A stretch of 62,305 nt of DNA, filler included, from Catajapyx aquilonaris (taxonomy: Eukaryota), in the NCBI GenBank assembly GCA_000934665.2. It is 2 parts of 2 records of this genome, joined end to end, with 100 filler letters (N's around TTAATTAATTAA, not from the genome) between each part and the next. Parts side by side here need not be neighbours in the genome. Positions count along the whole stretch, not along the records: positions 1 to 31,028 come from JYFJ02004594.1; 1 more part is not named here. One strand, 5' to 3'. A model generated the notes under the pieces. That model did no database searches, had not been told where the DNA came from, and saw only the letters and a program-made list of their open reading frames with translations. The position numbers were made by a program, and so were the translations under genes. Positions 1 to 14,592 of the stretch are shown here, in pieces. The first letter of the stretch is position 1, and the number at the start of each line of letters is the position of its first letter.

Positions 1-250
1 AACACGCATATTCCCGAATCTTCTCACTTCTTACATCAATAACAATATATCAATTTGCATTCCCATGGAAATGCCTTTTTAAAAATATGGCTATTTATTA
101 CCTCCCAGCATCGTACCGCAGCCGGAGTGAATGTTTATATCGTCTTGATGGAACCTCGAGTTTCGAGTGTATGGACGGGAAATTTTTACGATCAAACACA
201 CTTCCTAATATACTGTATATGTACCCCTACCTTTACCAGCACCCCAACAT

Positions 251-278
251 ACCCGGGCAACGCTGGGTAACCTGCTAG
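251..278 (+). mobile_element. Helitron 3' terminus (hairpin + CTAG|T)
   Basis: ACCCGGG-CAACG-CTGGGT hairpin followed by AACCTG-CTAG and then T, the canonical Helitron 3' end. It resembles the ends at 7185-7212 and 38040-38051. The 5' end was not located. Confidence 0.65.
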
Positions 279-363
279 TTTGATATAATTTATATGACCA
301 CTAAGCTAACTTGTGATGCTTGTGATACGTTCTTGACCAAAATTTAGTTCGCATTACAAGTTG

Positions 364-600
364 GGTGCAATACTGCCCTAACCCTTTTTTTCACACGTGG
401 CCACCTTATTTTGTACATTCTTAGAGTGGGTGGGGCATCATCATCATCATAATAGCACATAAATATCCCTTATTAGTGCCTTGCATATTGGGGGAGATAT
501 GAAAATTGTCCTATGGATAACGTGATTTATGGGTCATCTCAAACTTTCAACTTCAGTTTTCTCAAAAACAGGTTTTGGAGGGTTAGGGCGGTATTGCACC
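364..600. mobile_element. Degenerate MITE (22-bp inverted repeats)
   Basis: GGTGCAATACTGCCCTAACCCT (364-385) pairs with AGGGTTAGGGCGGTATTGCACC (579-600) with 1 mismatch. The interior is non-coding. Confidence 0.55.
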
Positions 601-989
601 GACCCCTTCAATTGTACGATATAATTATTACTCACCTGCAAGTGACCTAATGGCATAAANGGGGGCGCATTTCTTCTTCGGGCTTGGGGCGCAAAAAACC
701 TTAATGCGGCCCTGAGAGTCGTACCATTCTTTATAAGCGGTAGTGGTACGTGTAGGTGTCATTCAAGCTCTGGTACTGGTGTAATGTAGGCTACTGTACT
801 GCAATGACAGGTAGCCCTTGTTACATGACTGGGAAATTTCGAAAAGATGTTAATTTGAAACATAGTAAAACGAGGGCTACCTGCAGAACTGTTGTTGTTC
901 TATTCCATAATGCCCTTTGGTACAGTACTGATCAGGTTTTCATTATAATTATGCTACCAAAATGTACCCTATTTGACAACATATTATAA

Positions 990-1422
990 AGCCCTGGCCA
1001 CACTAGGCGGAATCTCCGCGACGGATATTACGTCGCGGTTTGATTTTGTCACGTTTTGTCACGCGGAATTTCCGTCGACCGTGCTGCCGCCTTGCTGCCC
1101 TTTCAGCTATACCGTACCAATACCCCTAGTGCATCAGGGCCAGCGAACCTGCACTTTCCGTCGGTAGTGTGGCCTTCCCCCGGCGGAATCAATGTATTGC
1201 AGTGGCATTATTATCTCCAGTGGAAAACTGAGCGGATTTTTTCCGCTGTGTCTTTCGTTGGTGTTCGACGGAACGACGGAAAAACCGGCATGTGTGTCTC
1301 ATCCCGACGGAAGTCCGTTTACTTCCATCTGTTCCATGTGTTTGAGATTTTTGAGCGGACCGCGCCGGAAATTCCGTCGCGGAAATTCCGTCGCGGAGAT
1401 TCCGCCTAGTGTGGCCAGGGCC
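990..1422. mobile_element. PIF/Harbinger (Tourist-like) MITE
   Basis: TIR of ~35 bp (GCCCTGGCCACACTAGGCGGAATCTCCGCGACGGA), TAA TSD at 987-989 and 1423-1425, and internal GGAAATTCCGTCGC subrepeats. Confidence 0.85.
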
Positions 1423-4400
1423 TAAATGACAAATGCATACTTAATCCAGATTGGCAAATCAGGTGATCGTGATTAGAATAGACTTTTTCTCATTCTTTCA
1501 AGTAGACTTGTGCAGATAGAGTGAACCCGGAAAACCGGAAGTGGCTGGTCACGGGAAGTTGACCATGACACCTGTTTTGGTCACTCCCCGCCACACTTGG
1601 TCAGGAATCCACGCAAACTCATTTCGAAATGCAACGATAACCCGTCATCGTGTGAGAGATGGCCTCGTCAGGTCATCCCTCTGACCCGGCAAGGTCACTC
1701 AGGGTCGTGGTCGTGCTGGTCTCTTTCTCTCCCCCCTAGGTCCAAGCCAGACGCCCTCCTGCCATCTAGTGACGGGAATCGGCAAGTCACACCCGCCGTA
1801 CATTAGACTTGTACCGATAGAGTTGTCATGCCACCACACCACAGGTATTAGTGGCTGAACTTGTTAAATGGAATTAAATCGGACAGGTCAGAAATGAAGT
1901 CAAGGGAATGGTTCAACTACCAAGTTTTAATTGTCATTTTAAATAATATGAACGCACCCTAATTAGTGCTTGGTGAATTTCTGGATAAGTTCATTTCACA
2001 GTGACATGATCAAACACTTGTCTCTCCCTCCAAAATTAAACTTGCTATCGGAAATTTTTATAGTATAAGTCTCTCGACTTACCTCAGGATAGAATGATGC
2101 TGATTTCATGATGGCGAGAGTCCTGCACCGGAGTCCAGCTCACTGACTACTACTTCCCGCGGCCCCAAAATTTCTATTTTTATATTTCCATTATTAATTC
2201 CATGTTAGGGGAACAGAGACAGGTCAATACCGTGAGAACCCGCAAGTATATTTTTATGATGTCACTCTGTGACGTTCAGAAGCCTTATAATGTGTTCCAT
2301 ATAAGTTAGTTTGTTAGGACTATAGGATTACTTGTGGCTGATATTGATCCGGGGTTTCGGGGTTTTTCCTATTACTGTACTTGCTTGTGTTAATTGTAAT
2401 TGTGATGAAGATTACGACCATGACAATTTCCTGGCCCTTCATGAAAAATTTCCAATAGCGTTTAAACACTTTACAATCATCATCATTTTCATATACCATT
2501 TACTTGGAAGGAAGACTCACTGACTTTTGTTGAATTGATTACTATTACTTTAAAAGTAATATTATCATTTGAAATTGAAAGATTATTGAGTCAAGGTGGA
2601 TTATTCATGTTATAACCGTTACCGTCACCACCAAAAATAATAGTAGCCTATTGCACCCTTTTCGTGTGACTGTTTGCGCTTCTCTCACTGATGCGATGGT
2701 TTGGGGGAATATAAATAATATGGGAATATCTTCTTCCTGAACACTGTAAGTGTTCGCACCAGTATAAGCAGTCCGTGTATTCTTCCAACGTGGAAAATGT
2801 GCCATGTGCATGTTGGTGTATATGTGCTGCGTAGATTTCTCTTCCTTGAGGACCCACATTGAAATGACGCATCAGTTCCCGCTGCACTCCCGTCATGTTA
2901 CGGTAGGTTGACCATGACCTTTGTACCGACGTAATAACGGCTGCAGACCTGGCAGGAATGGTCCCTCCTTCTTGTACTGGGGGCGGCATAACGTTAGCAG
3001 GGGTAGTCCTGTGCCGACGAAGACCCAAAAGTTTGCACAGAATGTAAAAGGAGATAATCAGGCACACGTGCACGTCAATAATTTATTGTTCCGTGATTTT
3101 CACACTTGGTTTCACATACACAAACTGTAAGAGCTCAACTTAACGTTGTAGCCTCTAGGAGGGTGAAGCAGAAATGCCCTCAAATGTTTATGTATAGGGT
3201 GTATTATTAATAATAGCAATGACAACAATAATCATAATACAGTAAGCTTAATAATGTATAGCCGTGACCTCCTCCGAGCTATTGCACAGATCTTTTTTTC
3301 GCCATACGTATAGTTAATGTTCTATAATATTATTAGGGCTGTAGTTGGTTACAATAGATTAAGCCACAGTTGAAGAGTTGGAAGCAATGTCATGTATTTA
3401 TTTATCTGTAGGCTACATTATGATTGGGTCAAAAGGCTTCCAACATATACAGTAGTATTGAAATTTTAAATACAAATGCGAGGACAGCCAGATTATTTAG
3501 TGATATAGCCTTAGTTAGATGCTCCATCGTGGGGTGATTATTGTTCATATATGAATAGATTAAGATGGCAATTTTTCAGGTCACGAAGAATATTAACATA
3601 TATTTCGAATGTTTACTCTGGAATCATACCGGACACTGTGCCATAGGCTACGTGGTGGATGTTGCAACTGACACCCAAAATATGTTATAGAATCTTATTT
3701 TAGGAGAAAATTGTTAATTTTTCTCCATAGACAATGTTTTTTGTCACCCACAGTACATGTCCATCCTGTCCATCAGTGTCAGTGGTCCTCCGCGTTTGGT
3801 CTGCGGCTCACTATTATTATTTTTATGACACTTTAGACTCGTAAATGATATAACTTGCTTATGTGGATAACTGGCCAAAGGTAAGCCACAGGATCTGTTG
3901 CCCTTCCCTAATGAGGAACACGATTGAGAAATATTGCTTTGCTTCCAATATTGTTGTAATATGAAAATTCAAACTCTACTAATGACGAGCAGGAAATTAT
4001 TTGATCAAGGCAGACCTTGTATGGATCCGGCGATTCAAACCGCGTCTTTCATTTGATTGGTTCTTGATGTAACCAGCACAGTGACCCCGTGATGGAGATT
4101 GCTGGTGTACTGGATACATAGCATAAGCGAATAATCGTATTTGGCTAAATATATCGCAACCTTGCTTTCTTTCAACTTCTTTGTACCAGCCAGAATAAAT
4201 TAATCCAGGGCAAGTCTTCAAAGGTATTCCCCGCGCAAACAACCAAAGCTTTGAAGCCTTGATACTGGACGACTTTCTATCCTCTCGCTCATATTTTACA
4301 AAGAAGGGTTCACAGGCAATCTACTGAAGACTGGAACTGGCTTCATCGGAAGCCTTAGTACAGTCAGGCCACAACTATACTCTATTGTGTATAGAGTCTA

Positions 4401-4702
4401 GTATTAATAACTGAAAGGACCGTTTACACCGGTCAAAGTTTCCGTCGACATCTTGAGTGAATGCAACTGGCAGTAAGCTTTATTTCTGCTATAACTTAAT
4501 TAAAAGCAAAACAGTATCTTGACCATGAGCCTTTGGAGCCACCACTCACTAACCTTTGACTAACGAAAACGCACCATCTCTACAGTATAATTAGTACAGT
4601 AGTTTCCACATAGTACAGCAAAAACTGTTGTGTGTAAACTATGAGTAGTTCGTTGTTTGATCAAATGCATATCCCATCATCGACTTTATATCGAAATGCC
4701 AT

Positions 4703-4879
4703 CCACTCCGGACTACCCAACGCGGTAACGGAAAGCTGTTCCGGAATTCCAGAAAGACTCGAAATTGTCATGAGTCATACATTTGGAACGAGATACCCCG
4801 GCAATTTTCATGTACTGTACGCAAGGCAATGCAAGGCACCTTATCGCCCTCAGTTATCGCGCTGGGTTCTCCGGAGTGG
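4703..4879. mobile_element. Degenerate fold-back/MITE
   Basis: CCACTCCGGACTACCCAACGCGGTAAC pairs imperfectly with GTTATCGCGCTGGGTTCTCCGGAGTGG. Confidence 0.45.
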
Positions 4880-5393
4880 GAATCATTCGCGTCAGGCGAT
4901 GTGTGACCGTTGTGGATCCAGTAGAGCAGAAATTTGTTTAACCCCGGTTCTGTGAACGCAAATTTCGCTCAATTTCGTTATTTTATGAGCGTGAGAGCTC
5001 GGATAAAAATGTGGAATTCGTTGTGTGAACAAACATTTTGTCAAATCTAAAAATCACGTCTAAACGCAAAATGTCTTTTCCCCCCCATTTTCTGAAAAAA
5101 GGTGAGATTTACCGCGTGTACACTTACCGCATGTTTTACGGCGGTATTTCCTTGTGGATTGGCCAGAACATGCCCTCCAAATTGCATGCCAGGCCTGCAA
5201 CAAGATGCGCGGGAACATCTGGAACTTATCCTATGACAAAATCTGGGCGAGAGAAATGGGGTTTTAAGTTTAGTTTCGGCACGTTCAGTCGGGTTGGTTT
5301 GCCCCTAAATATGGCAACCAATACCGCGATTGGCATTACACAACATGACAACCGGTATGTTTTGATATGTCAAAGTCGGATAGGTCAAATTGG

Positions 5394-5656
5394 AATATCT
5401 GGGCTTTACAGAACCATCATCAAATCTGTATGATTTTTGCAGTAGACTATTAAATAAAGGTAGGCTATACTGTATATACGGACTATAAATTACCCCCCAC
5501 ACAATATCTCTGTATTCATTGAAACATTTTCCCCGATTACAAATGCACAAAATGTTGTCCCAGTACAATCCATTATAGTCCGTAGTCTATACTGTCTTTA
5601 TTTAATACTGCAAAAATCATACAGTTTTGATTTTGGTTCTGTAAAGCCCAGATATT
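5394..5656. mobile_element. MITE with long imperfect TIRs
   Basis: AATATCTGGGCTTTACAGAACC...GTATGATTTTTGCAGTA pairs with TACTGCAAAAATCATAC...GGTTCTGTAAAGCCCAGATATT. The arms pair over ~90 bp with indels. Confidence 0.75.
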
Positions 5657-6971
5657 AGGCAGACACTTCATGAATATTTTATGATTATGCTAAAGCATTT
5701 ATGCAGAAGATTGTGCATTTGGAATGAATGTGCAACATTTCTTTCAATTCCAACAGGTAATATTTTACATCCTTCAGACGTTTGTTAGTGTTGCAGGCTT
5801 GCACCTCATTCTCCTGTTCATGGCATCATTTTCTCTCAATTTTCGGAATTCGTGGAGTTTGTGCATTTGGATTAAAATAACTTCACATAGGCCTACTTAA
5901 GTAGCACCATTTCCCTCATGGTAGCAGCATGCCTAGGGAGAGTAAATTCAACATCAAATTACTAGTAGTGAACTACCATGAGTTTAAAAAATGCTAGGCA
6001 ATTTTTTTAATCGATAGATTTCATCCAAAGCACAGAGAAAACGTGGTACGTTTATGGCTATTACATATGGCTACATACTAAGTAATTAGGAGTTTATTTG
6101 ACTTTCCTAGCCATTACAGCTCTTTAGCCAGTACACTCATAAGGCTAAAGGCTACTGGCTTACTGAATAGGGTGTTATGACACCTTACCTTTTGCTGTGA
6201 ACTGGACCTGAAGTGGGAGGCAAAACAGGTGATATGAAAAGGTGGACACAAAATGCAAGAGTGTTTTCTTGCCATCAACACCAATACAACTGCTCTGTAC
6301 AGTCCAGTAAAAAAAATAATTCAGCAATTCATCCTACCCAAATGTTATTGTCTCATACTCATCACTTACGAGTCATTTCTTGGGAACAAGAATGATTATA
6401 GCGATTGGCACACTATGTTGCAATAAAGCATCACTTAGTATTCACAGTCATACCCTTTGAGTATCACAGGTAATGTGACAAGAAATAATGCCATGCCTTG
6501 TGTGCAACCGGAAAAGGCGTAAAAAAAATGAAAACCTATAGTTCAGTTTTTATGGACCTATCCTTCCACACTCGGCGACCAGTATTGAGGATGGTCCCAT
6601 TCATGTTAAGTGCCGGAATGGCTAAGCTAGAGCCGCTTTCTTCCTGATTCCAGCATGCCCTTTGTTAAAGGATTGCTCGCCAGGGGTCGGAACTGGCAAG
6701 ATGGCTCGTACAGAATACGGTTGAATAAAGACCCTATTTCTCCGCGAGGGAAATTCACTTTGAGGGCGTTACCCTGATTAGACTCTCAGAGGCTATCCCG
6801 CGGAACGTGAACATTTGGGCACATTTTATTTTCTCAGGCATCATCCTCTACGACTCTTAAAGTTCTCAGGTAATCCACCCACGTATATAAAACCCACTAA
6901 CCCACACATCAATGCTGATAGGTTATTCAGGCATGTGGATTTATGTTTCATATTGAATACCGTACATTAAA

Positions 6972-7212
6972 TCTATATAAATAAAGCCGTTTGTGACTCT
7001 GTCTCTCTGTCTGTCTGTCGGCCTGCCAACCGTCATTTGCCTGCCATCTGTGCTCCACCCTCAGGCCGGGAGAGGATGGAGGTGTTGGAGTAGCAGGACC
7101 ACAGATGGCATTGGTGGGCGGACACACAGAAAGACAGACTGTTGACGGGGGTACTGGCAGGTGTTTTCCCTGCATTAATTTCTTCCAGGGTAATGCCGGG
7201 TGCCGCAGCTAG
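6972..7212 (+). mobile_element. Complete non-autonomous Helitron (~240 bp)
   Basis: Inserted between A(6971) and T(7213). 5' end TCTATATAAATAAA, then a CTGT microsatellite, a 3' hairpin remnant CCAGGGTAATGCCGGG and terminal CTAG. No TSD. Confidence 0.8.
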
Positions 7213-10200
7213 TTTAATAATAAAAATATGATTGTAAAATGCAGCTGGGGAAGAAATTTCTCTCAGGCAAAAGTTTTGTCGAGTGTCAGACATATTTATA
7301 CAGCAATCTAATAAGCCTTTTTTTTATTGCAACTGAAGAAAATAATTTTGTTAACAATTTTAGACATAATGGAATTTTTATCAACAAAAGAAAGGTGGTG
7401 CTTCATATTGATATGCACTCTTTGCTTCTAATCCTAATCTGCACTTACGCGTATGTAAAAAGCCAACATATTTTTACACTTACTTCGCACTTGCCACTTG
7501 GCATTTAAGTGAGATCCAGACGTTACCTCCTATTGTTCGAAAAAGATGCGCGATGCCTTCTATAGTACAGAGAGAAAGAAGAGAGAAAAAAAAACTAACC
7601 ATCACATCGATCTTGCTTTCTCCAACCTTCCCGCTCACTGCTGTAGTGCCATTGGCCAGGTAGGGCAGTGACGTAGCCCCGGTGTTGAGGTGGCGGGGGT
7701 GGGTAGAATGGGGGTACACCTCACCTGCCCTGACGATTCGCACTTCCGTCAGTTGAATGCTGCCTTGCAACAAGACTGCAGGTGAACTACCATCGTCTCC
7801 TCGCCAGTTGCATGGGTCACATCTGATCTGGCCTGATAAATCACAGAAAAAGGTCAGTGACAATTCAACAAGTTACAACAGGTGGATGAATTTAGGCGGG
7901 CGCGATTCAAATTTTATGAGAGATCAAATGCGGGCGCGGGAAATCATTATTTTGACGCTATTTCACCAGAGGACATTTCAAAACGGGTTGCTACATGTTG
8001 TTGTTATCTGTGCAATTTGTACTAATTAAATTGTGAGGTTTGATCTGGATTTGGGTGTTTGGGAATAAAAGTACGGGCGTTTTAGGGTTCGTTTCACCAT
8101 CAAAGGCAAAAGGTTCGGTGGGTATTGTCATATTTGGGATTTGCAGGGTTCAATTATGTGATCTAATTAGGATCTGGGCGTTTATAATATATAAGTAATT
8201 ACAGACTCGTGTTTGACTTTGGCGGTTAGTATGCGTATTGGCATTTTGCAATTAGGTTTATTTTATTGGAATTAGGGCTAGCCAGTTGTACGTGGTTTAA
8301 ATAAATATATTTCAAATTCAGTGAACTGTTAACTCGCAATGCAAAGATGAATTTTATAGCATACTTTGCCCCATTTGTATTTCATCGCCTACGTTTGAAA
8401 CTAACCATAACTTATAAAGCAAATTGCTTTAATGTAGTAACTCCAAAAGTATAGGCCTACTTAAAACAGGAAGTTATTGGAAGTGACTTGACACCACACA
8501 TGTTACTTTGATTACGTAGTGAAAAATTCTCCACATTTAGCAAGGCAACGCTCATGTTTTTTTAACGACAGCAAAAAAGTAATGCACTCGCAAATGGATG
8601 TCTTACATCAGTCCACGGCCAGTGCAGTCCTGATGTTTCATATACTGTCGAGATGAGTCGTAAAAAATTCCACGGACTCGTAACATAATATGTTGCTTCA
8701 CCGGGAAGTTGACAAACATGTTTATGAAAATTATTATATCGATTTTTATGAGTAGTAATTGACAGAAGGCATGTAAATTATTCATGTTGTTCACTAACAA
8801 GCGAGCGAAAAGTGAAGGTATTATTTAACGCGCATCGTGCAAAATGAAGGCAATATTTAACGCTCATGCTGCAAATATTTAGGGTGGTTATATTATGGCT
8901 ACAGAGCGTCGAAGTATTGAAGCGGTTAACGCAAATTTTAAAATTCTTTCTGCCTGCAAATTAACTCCGTTTATCCATGCTTCGCGGTGTCATATTGATC
9001 GTTAAGTACAGTTTATTAGATACTATGCTAATTAAACACCAAAATATTCCCGGGGAATAAGCTCCACTTCACATTCTATAATGTGTGGAATATGTCAGAT
9101 GGTATCTGAATCCTTCCTATTTGTCGCAAATTATAATCCCATTGAGCCATAAAGCGTCTAAAATATGTTCTAGTTTCTGGCGACATTGTGATTCAACAGT
9201 TTGTCATAGGAACCTGCAATTAACCCAATTTAATATGCCTACCTAATTTATTAGCATGGTCGTGAGTATTCTGAGATGTACATTTCCTGTGCCTAATGGG
9301 TCTTCTGAAAGCATCGCTGAAGTTCTTTATTTCCTGCTTTGGGTCCACTTCACTTTGGCATGAGCAGGATATAACTTTTCCTGGCATTGAGAATATTGGG
9401 TTCTACAGAGGAAGTGGTTTCATTGAAAACGGAAGAAACTATTACGTATGAGACAAACATGCTCAGAGATCGGCTCTAAAAACCAGGTCAAATTTCCGGT
9501 GAAGATAGAAAAGTTTCAGGTGCGTGTAAACAACCCATATTCCAAGGACATTTATAAATTTTTAAATCCTTGTCTTAGCAACTGCCTTCCTTATGATCCC
9601 TACTAATAACCAAATCTCGTGCGTATGTTCCAAGACTCGTGACTTTTTTTCTTAATCATACCGTGTCAGGGCTCCATATTCATTCGTCGCGTCGTATCCA
9701 TTCCATCGCGGTTGACATTTTCAGCATTGCACTTTCTGACATCCGCATCAACAGAATCATGTCACGCATGTGCATGCACATGTGTGTCTCTACTTTTAGC
9801 TCCATTCTCATCGTTGTCACATAATGAAATGTTCTCGTAAACAAGGTAGGTCTCAGTTTGCGAGCTTCTAGAGTCGACCTCTATACTTTGTCACAACACC
9901 ATCCACACTGCTGCGCGTTGGCCAATTAACCTATGACACAAGCCCATTTTCCACATTACCGGTACTGTCACACATAGTCTCTTGAGTTCCGTTTCCTTTC
10001 CCACCTCAGGGCATGTCACTTTCTATGAGCCATCAGCGTCACTCATGCCACAGCACTTACGCCTGAAACCTGCAGAGGGTAACACCTGATCTGTTCTATG
10101 AGCGAACCTTCAGAAATGTGGAGATTTTGCGTCACTCCTTAATCACGGGTATGTCAGTATCCATTGCGCGATCGACGATAAATCCAGAACAAGTGGTCGA

Positions 10201-13200
10201 TCTGGAATGTCTATATTGTAGATCATAAAACCGACCCAAAATACTCAAAAATCCACAAAAATGGTATAACGTGTATTGAATATTGCTGCAACATCCAGTG
10301 TGTGTTTTCCCGAAGAAACAGGTAAAATGTCCTTAACACGCTTCTCAGTATCCTGAGAATATACTTTCCACTACTTTATAGTTCAACAGACGTATAATTA
10401 ATTACGCAAGGCACTCGTTTATCGAGGTGACACTACGCAAAATCTATTTGATACTCGCTCCGAGAAATAGCATACAGGTTATCACGACACTATTTCGTGC
10501 TAGTGAATAGCTATAGAGATACTACTGCGCAGCACAGGGATGGACTCGGCCGTTTCCTTGAAAGTAAAATGTTGCGAAGGTGATCCGTGACGGAGTGGGA
10601 CAGAAGGAAAACAATTAAGATTCCAATTCGAGTACCGAAAGTCACAAACAGAGTGACGCGTTAAAATTCCCAAAACAAGTCTGCGAAAAGTACATCAATT
10701 AGAGTCCTGCTGTGATTCCTGCACTGTACCTGACATTGTAACACGAAACAAATGTGAAGTGGGCTTCATGTAAAAATAATCATATTAAAATAGTTCAACA
10801 TGCTCGTAATATTTTTCTTTCCCCCATATTGCATGTGATATGCCTAATTACTCCGTATTATAGCCATAATCATTAAATTTTACACCGTTTTAAAATATTA
10901 CAGAGGTGGGTTAAAACAGCGCCGCAGCACATAAAAGAGGACTAATTCACAGCTCTTGCATGTAGATGTTTGATGTTCTAGATGAAAACGAGAGCCTGAA
11001 AGTAGAGTCCCTACAGTAAAAGGCTAAAAGGCCCCTTTTAGAAGAAAGGTTGCAAATTGGAGTGAATAATATTATTCAGGCAAACTCCATTTTCGTATAG
11101 TTCATCGTGGTGATAATTATTGAACGGCTAGGGGCAACAGAGTGTGAGTCACACCCTTTTCTCCCAAAAAAGCGGGATATTAAAATCAATGTGATTTTTA
11201 TCATGTACCGTATTTAAAATGCGTATACTCTGATGCTCATTACAATAACCTTCCCATGTTTGTATAGCGTACTGTATATTTGGGATTTTTTTTCATCTTC
11301 TGTATAATTAATTTTGTGCAAGTTAACCCTCACGTTGCCTGGGAGCCCTTCAATAAAATTATAGCGCCCAACTGATCAAGGTTAACAGACAGAATAAATG
11401 CTGCTTCACTTCCTTTCTTGCTGAAGAAAAACGAGCTGGCGGGCGTCACGTCGATGCATTATTCCAGAATCGTTACCGACTGATAAGGGAACACCCTCGG
11501 TTATGATCACGAAAGAAACTTTGGTCAGTTTCCTACTGACATGACTGAGCTGGGAGTTTTGACCAGTTCATTCTCGGTTGGGTGTGTTGGTCTATGTGGT
11601 GTTTCAGCGTTCAATAACCTACGCTGTGTTTTGGTTTTCGGTGGTCTGATCCATTCTGCGATTTGATTCTTGGTATTTGATCCACTTCCCATCTCTGTGC
11701 GCTGTTCAGAAATCCCTTGCCTACCGGCCCATCTCATCCATCACATGTCACCATGACAACCTCAACCGTTCATATTCCTCAAACGTCAGACCCCAACCGC
11801 GATAGCTTATGTCAATACCACGACATGTACCTCATTTGTGACAGGGATTTAAGATGCCGCTTGCCCATCGCCCACAGGGATCATGCTTCTTTATATACCG
11901 AACCGTGCGTTTCTGCAGCAGTATTTGCAGTTAAATCGCGATAATAAACTAATCAGGAGCACACCATGGGAGTAATTTTTGCTGGAAATGAATCATAATC
12001 AGTCAATATTGACGCAGAGTAGCGGGCGTTAAAAAGAGCAGATCTGGTTTTTATGCGGATATACGCGACTTTTTTTTTAAATATATATGTGAGGGAGAAG
12101 ATATTTTGATACAATTATTTGCTCTCGTTAGTTCACTGCAAACAACTAAAACAAGCAAAACCTTAAGGGCTCTTTGTGAACAGTATTTTGTAGCTCTGTA
12201 GTTGATATATGACGAGAAATTTGGTTGGGGGTCATCGAGTTATTACAGATCCAGGTCCTGAATGTTGGATGGACGAAATGAAGGACTCACTAACCCTAGA
12301 CTTTGAGGGTGGACATATTCAACGGTATATGTAACCCATTTTCATGTGTCGAGGGCTCTCGAACTCCCTGTGACGTGATGAGGCAAAATCATGCCGTATA
12401 TTTCGAAAATATCCACGAGAAGGTGGGCAAAAATTTAGGCCGAAGCATCTCAGTTTTGCCCCTTGTGCTAAAGTGCGGAAAAATGTGGCCCGATTCAATA
12501 TATTGTTCCTGTAAGTATAGAAAATTCCAGCACACAGTATACATATGTTACATGAAACTGTTATGGGATTATACTTTGTGCTATTAAAATATATGACTAA
12601 CCCTTTTAAAGATAAAACATAACTGTCAAACGATCTTAATTGTTCAATAATGTCCCATGCTTATTAACTTATGTTTGGTTAAATTATTAACGTATAATGT
12701 AACATATTAACCGAAACATCTATGCTAGGTAGGAACAATTATGTAATGGGCCTAGTCATCACCATCCAATTTTTGAAATGAACCTTGACAAATTAGAAAG
12801 CAGCCTTAATTCACCCAGCGTGGCGCTGTGGTCATTCCACTATGGCCGACGTGGTGGATATTCGTGGCCAGCAACACCGAACTTCTTGTAACCGGATTTC
12901 GAGTATCGTCGTGAAGTTTCAGGTGGTGATCTTGAGAATTTGAGCTGAGGCATCGTCGACGAAAAGACGTCGCTCTGACGGCCAGAACGGTCAAACACAA
13001 TAGCAAAAAGGAAGGGTTGAGCTTCAAAAAGGTGCCCTAGAGGTTGAGAATTTGTCACGCAATGGTGTATAAAATTCCAGAGATTGCATGTGAAAGTCAG
13101 TTTCATATTAAACCTGCACAATTCATAGCGTGCGTAAACATATAGTCTACTGTAGAATACCCATTTGGGATTAAGAGGAATGGGAGTTGCCCCTTTTAGC

Positions 13201-14469
13201 TACTGGAATATAGACTGAAGCGGCGACTATCACTGTATAACTGGAAAGAAAAAGTGCGAAATTACCCTGCATGATTGTAGGGTACATTACAGAACATTAT
13301 CATACACTAACGTCGCCGAAAACTCATTCAAATATGTAATATTGCCTCTAGGGGAGATGTGAAATATCTCTCGAACGACGTATCGTGCTCTATTCCCCTA
13401 GGGAAGACATTTGAGTAAAAATTTCATCCATGACGATGCAGGAGAGACTCATAATTTCACGCATATTGAACCCCAGTGTGTTTGTGTCCGATAGTTTAGG
13501 CGTTAATGTTATGGCTGAGCTATTTATCCAGCAAAGTTCATTTATTTGTGATCATTCAGCCTGAGATGCTCCGTGACCAGGTGTCTTAATGCTTGTACTC
13601 TACCGTTTCCTTACTACAGCATGGTTTTATTTACGATAAGCATGGTAGACATTGATCTACTTAAGGAGAATGAGAACAATTAAATTACCTCCCACCAGCC
13701 TGTATTTTATGGGAGGTTCTTCCACTCCATCAAGTCAAGTTGCTATAACTATTTGGCGGATCTGTGCACGCATCAATAGTTTTCTTTACAAGCTGAGACC
13801 CATTACGTTCACCATTACTGCATCTTGGTCCGCGGCTGATAAATGTCAACCCATTCAGTTGCGCTTGCCAAGATTGCTTGACATGGCGTGGACCAATTTT
13901 CCATCGGGATGGCTGGGTGACATATTTTTGGAGGAATCTTCTGCACGCGGATTCTGAGAAAACTTTCGGCTGGAGGTGACTGCATTCTGGGAACACCTGA
14001 TAGTCGATGACAGCGGTTTTGTGTGGAAGTGATATTCCGATTGCGGATGTTATACACACTTTGCGCTACGTCATCTGCAGTCGGAAACGTAGCACTTCGA
14101 AGCCCGCGACTGTGCTTCGGGTTCAAGAAAGCTTTCCGTATTATGATGTAGTGGTATTCAAGCATGCCGTCACGAGATGCCATTCATGTGTTCGATGGTG
14201 GATGGGCTCTTCACGTATGTTTAAATTTCAAAGAGTCAGCCCTTCCAGACCGCATCGTTTTTCCGATTGAATATTCTGGATATTGAGCACCGCGGACACA
14301 ATCATGCATATGCAACTCGTGCACTGTCGATTTGCCGCACGTTTTATGCGCTGATAGGTGGTATGTGATGAGTGAATGAAATTGACTAACCAGTTGCATG
14401 TTGTTTTTTTAAAAAAATCTTGATCAGATCCGGTGTGTTACGTGAGTTGTTATCAATTCTGTTGCTTAT

Positions 14470-14592
14470 CCTCCTGAGACCTGATGTCCAATATATTGGA
14501 CATCAGCAAAAAAAAAAAAGGCGTCAACTGAAATTGACGCCAATTATTTTTTTTGCGGGTGTCCAATATATTGGACATCAGGTCTCAGGAGG
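14470..14592. mobile_element. piggyBac-like palindromic MITE (123 bp)
   Basis: TIR CCTCCTGAGACCTGATGTCCAATATATTGGACA. It is flanked by a 4-bp TTAT direct repeat (14466-69, 14593-96), a TTAA-type target variant. The whole element folds back. Confidence 0.75.

Noticed and set aside
13652..14270. Overlapping ORFs as a decayed transposase
   Set aside because: No DDE, RT or other recognisable motif in any frame.
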